From the NCBI RefSeq assembly GCF_030144855.1, contig NC_082707.1, positions 13,330,001-13,394,000 of the forward strand: a stretch of 64,000 nt of DNA. Direction: 5' to 3'. Below, piece by piece: positions 12,894 through 24,499 of the stretch. Positions within the stretch are counted from its first letter, which is position 1. Each line of letters begins with the position of its first letter. The notes under the pieces were generated by a model. The model saw only the letters and a list, made by a program, of their open reading frames with translations. It had not been told where the DNA came from and made no database searches. The translations under genes were made by a program, and so were the position numbers. This stretch comes from Hypanus sabinus. Taxonomy: Eukaryota.

Positions 12894-15800
12894 GACATCC
12901 CATCTCCAGGCACAGTCCATGAGGTGCCGCAGACATGGATCAGCTGGAAGTCCCGAATGAAAGACTTATCCAAGATGTCCTTCGCCGGGATCCAAGTGCG
13001 TTCTTCTCGAGCATACCCTTCTCAATCCACAAAGTACAAGACCTTAACACATACCCGGCAAGATGCCAGGAGGCGCCACACCATATAGACAAGGGAACCA
13101 TCTACCAGGCACAAAGGAGGGGGAGGTGGGATAAATGGGGCCAGGGGAGAGGTAGTAACCTGCTTGGGCTGGGAAACATGAAATATTGGATGGATCTTTG
13201 GTGATGTTGGTAGGCGTAATCTATACTACACCTTGCTGGAAGTCGTTTCCACTACAATTTGCAGCTCTCGACTTTTCGGGTTAGCTCCCTTGAAACCAAA
13301 CGGACCTCCTCTCATGGCTTGAATGGTCTTACCTGTCGAGGGAGCCGCATCAGCTGCAGGGAATGTTGCTTCTGGGCGTGCAGCGGATAAGTCCTGGCTG
13401 GTCTCTAGTTGCACTTGCAGCCTTGGATCAGTTGTTCCGTAGCAGAACCTCCTTCGCCAATCTCCTGATCAGAGAAAATGTGGCGCTGCACTGGAATCAC
13501 TTCCGGCATTCAAAGGGAGGCATACTGTGGAGGATGATTGGCGGTTATTGAGGGCAATCTTTGCCCAAACCAAATGGCAGCTCCACGATGTGGGGTTGGA
13601 AGAGGCAAGGCAGCGCAAGGTTGTTTCTAACGGCTGGTTCACTCTGTCAGTCTGGCCATTGGATTGGGGATGATAACCAGATGAGAGGTTGGCGGTGGCT
13701 CCTACGAGACAGCAGAAAGCCTTCCAAAAGCGGGTCGGGAACTATCGTCAAAGATCAGACATTATCTCCTGAGGAACGGTATGGAGCCTTAACTCATGTT
13801 GAACTATGCGTGTGGCGGTCTAACGAGCCAATGTGTGCTTGAGGAGGGCAATGAAGTGGGTAGTCTTGCAAAATCGATCCACAATGACCAGAATCATGGT
13901 GTTTCCATTAGACGGGGGCAGTGGAGTGTTGAAAACAACTGAGAGGTGGGTCTAGGAGTGGTGGGACACAGACAGTGGACACAACAGTCCCGCGGAATAC
14001 TGGCGTGATATCTTGTACGAGCGCAGTTGGGACAAGCAGATACAAAGTTGTGGACATCCCGGGACGAGTGGAGCATCCCCATTCCAAAATTTTGGAACGC
14101 TTCGCAGCAGGAAGAAGTCCCTCATCCGGGCCTGTGTTCGGCTGTGGGCAGCCCTCACCTCTGCCTCTATTGCCCAGATGACAGGGGCAGCAATACATGA
14201 GCGAGGAAGAATCGGCTCTGGATCGGGATTCTCCTCAAATTCGTCGAACTTCCAGGAGAACAAGTCAGCCTTTCTATTTTTGCTGCCGGGACTTTAGTTG
14301 AGGAAGAAGTTAAACCGTGTGAAGCAGAGAGTCCACCGGGTTTGACGAGAGTTGATTATGTTTGCACCCTGAATGTAAGAGAGGTTATTGTAATCTGCCC
14401 AGACCAAGAATGGATGTTATACCCCCTCCAGCCAATGATGCTATTCCTGCAAGGCCTCCTTACAGGCAGAAATTACCGATTCCCAACATCGTAATTCCTC
14501 TCTGTCGGAAACCAGCGACGGGAAGATGGTGCAAGGGTGCGGCCGACTATCTGAAGATGAGCTCTGATAGAGAGCAGCTCCAGTGCCCATATCAGATTTA
14601 TCCACCTCGACAATGATGGCTGTGACGTGGGCGTTTCAGCAATGGGGCAGTGGTGAAACGTCGCTGTAGTTCCAAAAATGCTTGGCCCGCACCGTCCACC
14701 CAGTGGAATCCTGCCGAGGTCTACTTGGTCAGTGCATTTATAGGAGCCGTGATAGAGCTGAAATTGCGGATGAAGCTGTGATAAAAATTCGCACACCCCA
14801 AGAAGTGCCGTACCTGTTTGACTATAGGTGTTTTAGCCCACTCAACAAACGCCTCAACTTTGCGAGGGTCTATTTGAACACTGGGTGGGCTAAGTATATA
14901 GGCCAAAAACGATACCTGACCTTCATGGAATTCACATTTTTCAGGCTTGACATAAAGGTTGTTCTCAAGAAGCCGTCTGCCAACTCTCTGAACATGCAGT
15001 GCATGCTCCTGATGAGAACGGGTATTGATAAGGATGTCATATAACTATGCAAACACAAACTGGTTCAACGTTTCCCTGATTAAATCGTCAACCAAGGTCT
15101 GGAATACAGCGGGAGCCCCGGCCAAGTGGAATCACCAGATACTCATAGTGGCCATTCTCTTATGTGAACCAGATTTTAAGCATTGAGCAGATCAATTTTG
15201 GAAAATATGGTTGTTCTCTGGAGATGTTTAAACGCGGACGCCAGTAGCGGAATAGTGTAGCAGTTCCTCACAGTGATGTTGTTCAAGGGTCTATACTCGA
15301 TGCAGGAACGGAGCCTGACATTTCTTTTGCTCACCAAAAAGAAACCCGGTCCTGCTGGAGATGTTGACGGACGAATAAACCCCTTGGCCAACTCCTCCTT
15401 GATGGATTCTTCATGGACACCGTTTCAGGACGAGAGAGAGAAAAGATTCGGCCCCATGGAGGGCTTGTACCTGGTGGGAGGTTCATGAAACAGTCGTACA
15501 GCCGATGTGGGGGCAGAGTGGTGGCCTTTCTTTTAATGAAAAATACAAGAAGATCCGCATATTTAGCCGGAATTCGAGGCAGAGAAACATCCTTAGCTGA
15601 CACGGTAGGGGATTCATGGAACGGAGTTTGAGCTCGACCCAGACAGGAGGACAATCATGCTCGTCCCCATTCATGGAATTCTTTCAGAGACCAATCGATC
15701 CGTGGATTATGTCGGGAGGAGCAGAGGAGACCAAGTACCAGGGGCAGTTCAGGCGAATCAACCAGGTGAAAGATAATTCTTCATGCTGTTTGTCTTTCAG

Positions 15801-16985
15801 TACCAGTTGGATGGGATCAGTGGAAAGGTTGATTTGGCCGGTGCCCAGAGGTCAGCACTCCAGCGCCTTGTTCTTTTCTCATAATACCTGAGTTGGAACT
15901 CCCAGTCTTTGAGCTACAGAGATGTCTGTGAGATTCCCAGCTGCGCCGAAGTCGATAGATCACTTAAATTTATATGCCTGCGAGCAGTACACAATTAGGG
16001 AAAGCTCACTGAAGAAAGAACCGACACGTTAGAATTCCCCACTCTGCTGACGGGTATTCTCCTTTCCTGGACGTTTCAAACTTGCCGCCTGGAAGTGTCC
16101 TGGATCGCCACAATTCAGTCTGGAAATCTGTTTTCTTCCACCATTCTTGTTCCTCCTGAGACGGGTGCATGCATCCTACTTGAACAAGCTCCTCCATGGA
16201 CCTGGTGCTGGGTGTTAAGGAACAGTGAGAGGGCAGAGAAAGATGGTGACTAGATGGCGCGTCGGAAACTTAAAACATGCTTTCACAGCGCCACTCTGTT
16301 ACCTGGTCGTCAAATGGAATAGCCAGATTAATCAAGTCATCTATACTATCCTGCTCGTCCTGGACAGCGATCTTATGTCGGAACCCAGAGTTACGTCCTC
16401 GCTGGAAGGCGTATTTTTAACCGCGTAGTCTCGCACTGATCCACAGCCTCGGCGCAGGTCCAAGAGTCGGTAGGAAGCTTCATGTTCCGGTACTGGAAGG
16501 TCAAAATCCCTCCGTAACTCGCCACCAAATTTCGGAACGACTAGGCTGTGGGGCATCCTTGCTCCCATAAAGTGTTCAACAGGCTGAAGGAAGTCCGTCT
16601 AGAAGATTGGCCTCGTACACCAGTTTTCGGGCATCATCAGAAAACGATCTTGCTGGGCTTGGAATATCAGGTCGCATTGGGTGTTAAAATTCCCTCAACC
16701 ATCGAAATCACCAGAATATCTGACTGGTGGTGCAAAACTTTTTTCCAGTACTGACACGGGTGTCTGTTCGGTCCGAATGCGGGTGTCAGCTCAGGTCCAG
16801 GTGCGGCAGATATTCCCGGGGCAGTAGAAAACGAGGACCTTCAACGTGCTTTGAGTGGGACTGAGGCAGCCAGAGGCTGCTGAATGCGTTGGTGAGAATG
16901 TTAGCAGCTGACAGCTCACGCTGACTATCCACAGCAAGTTCGTGGCTGGTGGCCATGAGCGCGGAAGTTGCCCGAATGTATTCCC
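12491..16985 (-). mobile_element. Decayed Ty3/Gypsy chromovirus-type LTR retrotransposon: gag-PR-RT-RH-IN-chromodomain plus 3' LTR
   Basis: gag LLDLRRGCGSVRDYA; protease-like IDFGAAGN at about 15950; [19 protein letters not shown]...IFSKIDL; HFLGCANFYHSFI; integrase HHCC region; chromodomain (YMVWRLL...VD*EGYAREERTWIPAKDILD) at about 12930-13110; PPT then TGTCA...TATCA LTR. Confidence 0.9.
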
Positions 16986-19590
16986 TCCACCACGACCCCT
17001 TGCTTTCTGCAGGCAAGCCAATTCTGAATCCATCTGGCCAAACTTCCCTGGATCCCATACCTTCTGACTTTTTGAATAAGCTTACCGTAGTATGGAACCT
17101 TATCAAATGCTTTACTAAAATCCATGTAGATAACATCCCTCATCTATTTGCCTAGTCACCTGCTCAAAGAACACTATCAGGCTTTTCCGACACGATCTGC
17201 CCTTCACAAAGTCATGCTGGCTGTCCCTGATCCGACCATGTTTCTCTAAATGCCCATAGATCCTATCTCTAAGAAACTTTCCCAACTGTTTCCCCACTAC
17301 AGACGTAAGACTCTCTGGTCTGTAATTGCCCGGACTACTATCTTTTTTGAACAAAGGGACAACATTTGCCTCCCTCCAGTCCTCCGGTACCATTCCCCTG
17401 GACAACGAGGACATAAAGATCCTAGCCAGAGGCTCATCAATCTCTTCCCTCTACTCGTAGAACAGCCTGGGGAATGTTCCGGCATCCTCCGGGGGCTCAC
17501 CCGTACTAATGTATTTTTTTTTTAGCAATTCAACACCTTCTCTCCTTTAATATCAACATGCTCCAGAAATTCAATGTCACTCATATTGTCCTCACCGTCA
17601 TCAAGTTCCCTCCCATTAGTGAATACAGAAAATAAATATACATTGAGGACATCACTCACTTCCACAGCCTCCAGGCACATTTTCTCACCTTTATCTACCC
17701 TCAGTCCTGCACTCACTCCTGTCAGCCTTTTGTTCTTCGCATAATTGAAGAATACCTGGGTGCTTTTCTTCAGCCTACTCGCCAAGGTCTTCTCATGCCC
17801 TGTTCTTGTTCTCATCAGCCTTTTCTTAAGCTCCTTTCTTGCCACCCTATATACCGCAAGAGACCCATCTGATTCATTGCTTCCTAATCTTAATGTATGC
17901 TGCCTTCTTCCACGTGACTAGATTTTCCACCTCACGTCACCCATGGCTCCTTCACCTTACCATTCTTTGTCTTCCTCACCGAGACAAATTTATCTCTGAC
18001 ATTCTGCAAGAGATCCTTAAAGATCGACTACATGTCCATAGTACATTTCCCTGCAAAAACATCATCCCAATTCACACCAGCAAGTTCTAGCCTTACAGCC
18101 TCGTAATTTGCCCTTGCCCAACTAAAACTGTTCCTTTCCTTGCTGATTCTATCCTTTTCCATGATAATGCTAAAGGTTAGGGAGCGGTGATCACTGTCCC
18201 CCAGATTCTCACTCACTGAGAAATGTGCGTCCTGACGCAGTTCATTACCAATTCTAGATCTTGTATGGCATTTCCCCTAGTCGGCCTGTCAACATACCGT
18301 GACGGAAATCCGTCCTGGACACACTTAACAAACTCTGCCTCGTCTGAACCATTGGAATTAATCAAGTGCCACTCAATATTAGGGAAGTTAAAGTCAGCCA
18401 TGATAACAACCCTGTTATTTTTGCACCTTTCCAAAACCTGCCTCCCAATCTGTTGATCGGTATCTCTGCTGCTGCCAGGGGGCCTATAGAATACTCCCAA
18501 TAGAGTAACTGCTCCCTTCCGGTCCGTTATTTCCACCCATACTGACTCAAAAGAGGATCCTGCTGCATGACCCACGCTTTTTGTAGCTATAATAGTGTCC
18601 CTAACCAGTAATGCCACCCCTACTCCCATTCCCTCCCCCATCCTTTTTAGAGCACTGAAAACCGGGAATATTGAGAATCCATTCCTGTCCTGGTGCCAGC
18701 CAAGTCTCTGTAATGACCACTACATTATAATTCCAAGTTCTATCCAAGCTCTCAGTTCATTACCTTTGTACCTAATGCTTCTTGCATTGAAGTACACGCA
18801 CTTTAGCCGTTCTACCTTACTACATTTACACCCTTTATTCTGCTTTTCTTTCCTCAAAGCCTCTTTTTATGTTAGTTCTGACTTTATTCCATGCACTATA
18901 TTTGCATTTCTCGCATGACATTTATCATCCTCCATCTCACTATTTGCTTAAACAGTCTGGTTCCCCTCTCCCTGAAAATCTAGTTTAGCCACCCCCCCCC
19001 CCCCCCGAGGCAACACTAGCAAACCTTCCTGCAAGGCTGTTAGTACCCCCTCAAGTTCAGATGCAACCCGGCCCGTCGGAACAGGTCCCACTTTCCTTTG
19101 ACAAGGCCCTATTGTCCAGAAACATATAGCTCTCCTTCCTGCACCAACTCCTTAGCCACGGATTTAGCTGCATCATCTTCTTATTTCCAGCCTCACTAGC
19201 ACGTAGCATTGGTAGCAATCCAGAGATTGCAACCCTAGAGGTCCTGTCGTTAAACTTTGCACGTAACTCCCTAAACTTTCTTTGCAGGACCTCTTCCTTC
19301 TTCCTATCCAGGTCATTGGTCCCTGCATGGACCACTACATCTGGCTGCTCACCTTCCCTGTTGAGAATACGGAGAACTCGATCCGAAATATCGCGGACCC
19401 TGTCACCAGGGAGGAAACAGACCATCGGAATTCTCGATCTCACCCACTGAACCTCCTATCTGTCCCTCTAACTATAGAATCACCTGTCACTGCTGCTCTC
19501 CTCTTTTCCCTCGTTCCCTTCTGAGCTGAGAGTCTAATCTCGGTGCCAGAGTCGTGACTACTGCAACTTGTCCCTGGCAGGACGTCCACT
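16985..19590 (-). mobile_element. CR1-type LINE: ORF1 SGNH esterase, APE endonuclease and N-terminal RT; 3'-truncated
   Basis: VCFLPGDRVRDI...VVVHAGTNDL; GVFYRPP...DFNFPNI; SDHR; WREANVVPLFKK...NYRP; DVIYMDFSKAFDKVP. Confidence 0.92.
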
Positions 19591-20829
19591 TGTGGAATGT
19601 GTGAGTTCGGAATAATTATAGCGAAGGTGTTACAGCCCAACTTTAGTGGTTGAGGTCTCAGGATCAGTCACAGAGAGAGTCATTTTCTCTCAGAGCCTGA
19701 TGTTTGGTGATATATTCGTTTGGAATTTTAATATTGAGGGCAAACTCTTGTCAAGCATGCAGACAAACATTCACCTCCCAGTCTCCACCCAGCTAACGGA
19801 TATCAGCTGGCAATCGTTTCAAACTCATTAACTTATTTAAACCGAGCTCTCATCCACGGCCCCTTCACACAGAAAACCAGCCACTTCCTAGCAGTTGCTC
19901 GTAGCCTTCAGTTATTTTACTGATCTGTTGTGTTAAATATCTATTCTCGCTGGATGTATAGCCCATCGACGCTTGTTAATTTGCAGTTCATTATTAAGAT
20001 GGTCGCTTACCGCTATATCGTTTTATCGACACAGCCTCAGTATTGAGGAATTCACTTACATTACAAAGACTCACGGGTCATTAAGCCTAAAATGGCTGCC
20101 TGTGGAGTATTGTTCAACAGGGGAAACAAAATGGAAGTACATGTGCATATGTTCACTGTGACAGGTGCTCAAGAAGACTGTTGCCAGAGTGGCCTTCATA
20201 AGCCGGACAATGTGTACTTGAGATGTGATATGATGTTCATCATCGTCATCAGGTACCAAGTCCAGTTTGAGCTTTGACTGCCATGGCAGTCTCCTGGTTC
20301 GGGTCAAGTGGATCAATTGATTTGTATTCATTTCCAGCTCCCTAGCTGCTGTCTCCATCATCAGTTGTCTTTGCCTTCCAATTGCTTTCTTCCCTTCAAT
20401 GTATCCCATAATTACCGTGCATTCTAACTTCTCTTTCCTAATCACATGTCCAATGAAGTTATGTTGCCTTTTTATGATCCCATACATTATTTCTCTTCTT
20501 TTGCTTGCTCTGTTCATGACATTCTAGTTAGATATTCGTTTCGTCCATGATATTCTTTCCATCCTCCTCAAAAACCAGATCTCTGCTGCTTCAATTCGTG
20601 TCCTCATGTTACTAGATATTGTCCAGCATTCTGAACTATATAACATAGCTGGATAAACGTAACATTTCAGTACTCTGAGGCGGGGTTGTCATGCCTAGTT
20701 TAATGTTGGCCAGTATATTCTTCATTCTTGTAATACTGTATTTTGCCATTCCTATTCTTGTTACTGTGTGCGACTAGAGGTGACTGGAAGTGGACCCACG
20801 AGCAGGAGACAGGCACCGTGACATGACAC

Positions 20830-21104
20830 GGAGACGGACTTGGACTCGGAGCCAGGACTTGGAATTGACTTAGACTGGGACTTGACTGGACACGGAGCCT
20901 TGACTTGGACAGGACACTCAGAGCCTTGACTTGGACAGGACACTCGGAGCCTTGACTTGGACAGGACAATCGGAGCCTTGACGTGGACAGGACACTCGGA
21001 GCCTTCACTTGGACTGGATACTCGGAGCCTTGACTTGGACTGGATACTCGCAGCCTTGACTTGGACTGGGACTCAGAGCCTTGTCTTGGACTGGGGCTCG
21101 GAGC
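20830..21104 (+). repeat. 26-bp minisatellite (CTTGACTTGGACAGGACACTCGGAGC), about 8 copies plus degenerate flank
   Basis: Units start at about 20899, 20925, 20951, 20977, 21003, 21029, 21055, 21080. Confidence 0.9.
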
Positions 21105-21390
21105 CAACAAAACAAAACAACGACAGAGCACTCGCACCCTGGCTCGGAGCCGCGGAAAAACGTCCGGGCCCCCTCAACAGGAAACGAGGTGACAAAAACA
21201 AACAATGACAGACCACTCGCATCCCGGCCTATAGCAGCGGTACAAACGGCCGGTCCTGCTCAGCTGGAAACGAGGCGAGAAAAACAAAGAACGACGGACC
21301 ACTCGCATCCCGGATCAGAGCAGCGGCGAAAAGGCCCGACCCACTCAGCTGGACACGAGACGACAAAAACAAACAACGACAGACAAAGTG
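21105..21390 (+). repeat. About 85-bp tandem repeat, about 3.3 copies
   Basis: ACAAAAACAAACAACGACAGACCACTCGCATCC-like block recurs at about 21107, 21192, 21278, 21363. Confidence 0.85.
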
Positions 21391-22589
21391 TACTTTGACA
21401 CGGAGAAGGTCGTAAAGACGGTCCCTTATTTTTGGCGGCTCGGAAGACGGATCCTTAATCTCGGCGGCTCGGAAAATCCATCGCCGCCCTGACTCAGGGA
21501 CTAACCGTCCTCTTGACTCGAAGCAGGAACAACGGATGACAGGCTCTCGATTCGACCACGGTACTACGACCGGCAGGTTCTTGGTTCGACTCATTCCCCG
21601 CAGCTGGAACGAGCACGGCCGCACCGCTGAGATGACGAACCAGTAGCGAGCAGATGTAAGACGGCGCTAATATGCTGACCCGTTCGAATAAAGATCAGGT
21701 GCCCTAATCAAGGAACCGAGTGGAACGCGAGGAAAAGGAAATTAACTAAACCAAGGAGTTAACCGACCTACGGTGACAATTATTCTTTTGATGTCAATGT
21801 CGCACCTGCCAGCTGGTGTCACCCAACTTCCTAAGTTGCAAAATTTCTGTACTTGTTTTATGTATTCCCCGTTTACTCTCAGCCTGCAGATAAGATTTTC
21901 CTTCTTTTTGGATGTCTGCATACATTCTGTCCTTTTGCAATTGATATCTGGACCCATTTTTACACTTTCTTCAACAACTTTTGTAATTAACTTTTGCAGT
22001 TCTTCCTCTGTATTTGCAATTAACACAGTGTCATCCACATATCCGAAATTATTGATGTTTTACCGCCAACTTTGATTCCCAAGATTTCTCTTATTTCGTT
22101 GTAATATTTTTACACATTAAAACAAATCGGGGAGAAAACACACTGTTGTCTAACGCCTCTCTTTATTTTCGTAAACTAACACACTTTTCCGTCTATTCTT
22201 AGTAAGATACAAGCTAAAATATGTAAACAATGTGGGTTTGTGAAAGACAAAAGTACAAAAAACGCGATATTGATCTTAAGGATTCTATCAGAACGAGCGA
22301 TTCAAGTGCAAAAAGATTTGTTTCTTTGTTTTATCGACTACACAAAAGCATTTGATAAAGTGAACCACAATAAGTGATTTGGCTTATTATAGATATTATT
22401 TTACATTACCCAAAACATGGGCAATGCTCTATTTGTTTTATCGTGTATAATTTTGTTTACCCTGTTACAGGGCCGATACCATTACATCCGAGAGATGGTA
22501 AAGACAATTTGTGAGTATTTTGTCACGACCTGAGGGCATGATTGTTGGGGGAGGCTGGGCAAGCTGCGTCTGTATTACCTGGAGGGCAA

Positions 22590-24370
22590 AAGGCAGGGGG
22601 ACGCTGAATAGATGTCCATAAATTCAGAGAGGAGCGTTTACAGGGTGGATGTATTCATTCCTTTCCCCGCGCTTTCATCTAAATTCCATTGAGTAGGCCC
22701 AAAGCTACCAAACCGTCCTCATATGTTAACCTCTTCAGTTTCAAACTCATCCTCGTGAACTTCTTCTGGACTCTCTTTCATGACGATACATCCTTTCGGA
22801 GATAAAGAGTCCAAAACTGTTGGCAATACTACAAGGAGTATACTGAGCATTATCTCCTTAGTTTTCTATTCAACTTACCTTGAAATAAATATCATCATTG
22901 CATTTACCTTATTTGCCGTAAGCTGAAACTGTCCGTTAACCCGCTGGGACCCCATGCATTTCTCAACTTTTCAGCCCCTCCTACTTTTTTCTACCTATGT
23001 CGTTGGTACTAGAATGCACCACAATTTCTGGTTGCTTTCCTTCTATTTTCAGGATATTGCTGTCGCATTCAGAAACATCGCTAACCCTGGCAACAGGGAG
23101 GCAAAGTACCGTTCGTGTTCCTTTCCACTTTCATAGAATCGCTTCTCTGTCCGCCTAACTGTAGAGTCCCCTTTTTCTGCTGCTTTTCTCTTCCGTTTCC
23201 TGCACGTCTGAGCTACAGGGGCAGACTCAGTGCAGAGGAGCTTCCACCAGTACCAGTTCCACCAACCACCCCTACCCCCAAACAGTACTCAAAATGGAGA
23301 CCTATTGTTCCCTCTCAGCTGCAGTCTCCTGCACTCGCGCACTTCACTGCCCCTCCTTCCCATAGCTCTTCAGGCTTTGACCAAGCAATTTTATGTTGAC
23401 TTTCATTCCCTTGTTAGCCACGATTGTGTCATGTTGCCTTTAGACTACTTCTATCTTTTTGAGATGTATATATCCTGTGTCTTCCGTATTACCTCAAGAA
23501 ATTTCAGCAGTTGCTGCGCTGCTGTCATCCCTGTCTGCCTTATTTTTCAGTCAGTTTTAGCCAACTCCTCTCTCACGTCTCTCTCTAAATCCTTTTGCTC
23601 CACTGTAATAGCGATATCCTTGATTTTAGCTTCTCATTTTGAAATCTAAAGGTGAATTCGATCATATTGTGATCGCCTTCCCATTAGGGGTATTTTATCT
23701 TAGCTCTATAATCAATTAACAACATTCAGTCTTGAATAGCTGATCCCATAACTGGTTTAATCACGAGCTTTACTAAACAGCCGTCTGTTAGGTATTCTTG
23801 AAACTCCCGTTCTTGAGATACAACACCAACCTGATTTTTCTACCTACCTGCATATAAAATCCCCCATGGTTATTGAAACATGGCTTCTTTGGCGTGCATT
23901 TTCCATTTCCCGTGTAATTTGTAGAACGCATTCTTGCTACTGTTTGGCGGTCTATATATAATATCCATTAAGGTCGTTTTACCTTTGCAGTTCCTTAGAT
24001 CTACCCAAAACGATTCATCATTTACCGACCTTATGTCACCGTTCTTATGCTTCGATTTCATTTTTTAGCAAGCGAGCCACGCCGCCACCTCTGCCTACCT
24101 CCCTGTCCGCCAGTTCGTACAATATATCCTTCGTCTTTAAGCTCCCAGATATTATCCTCTTTCAGTCATGATTCAGAGCTGCCTACATTATACATGCCAA
24201 AGTTACTGTGCTGCAAGTACATATCTTAAAGTTAGCGGAGTCAAGGCATATGGGGAGAAGGCAGAATCGAGGGATTGATTGTGGATGACCAGCTATGATC
24301 ACCGTGAATGGTGGTGATAGCTCGTTGGGCCGAAAGGCCTACTCCTGCACCTGTTGTCTATTGTCTATTA
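22590..24370. mobile_element. Decayed CR1-type fragments (mostly -; a + strand 3' tail at about 24230-24365)
   Basis: ESFWVDLRNCKGK..IYRPPNS (23870-24061); 3' UTR gggccgaaaggcctactcctgc. Confidence 0.6.
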
Positions 24371-24499
24371 TCATCTGCCTTATTACAGATACTGTAGGCA
24401 TTTAAATATAACACCTTCAGTCCTGTATTCACCCTTGTGGATTTTGCCTGCCTTTGCACGTTGCAATTTCTGATGCTGACTGCACTTTTTCCCCGTCGT

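Larger units (their letters stand above)
20759..21778 (-). mobile_element. Solo LTR (Gypsy-type) inserted in the RTE element
   Basis: TGTTAC...GTGACA termini; 5-bp TSD ATTCT/ATTAT; RTE coding sequence (IKRRIGMAK-like) resumes across it. Confidence 0.75.
20230..22395 (-). mobile_element. RTE-clade LINE fragment with 5' inversion (22201-22395 on +) and a nested solo LTR
   Basis: FIGHVIRKEKLE..VIMGYIEGKKAIGRQR; DDTVLIA; GVRQ; (GAT)n tail at about 20235-20250; + strand QCGF...FIDYTKAFDKV. Confidence 0.85.

Noticed and set aside
12920-16985. Domesticated Gypsy-derived host gene (PEG10/RTL-like)
   Set aside because: Numerous stops and frameshifts throughout and a retained LTR indicate neutral decay
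19057-19443. Stand-alone SGNH esterase gene
   Set aside because: It is the ORF1 esterase of a CR1 LINE, directly upstream of the endonuclease; decayed copies recur at 6.3, 11.3, 23 and 25.3 kb
20700-21398. Ser/Pro-rich repetitive ORFs and a CRISPR-like appearance
   Set aside because: Head-to-tail 26-bp and 85-bp units with no unique spacers inside a vertebrate LTR; the ORFs are by-products of stop-free repeat units
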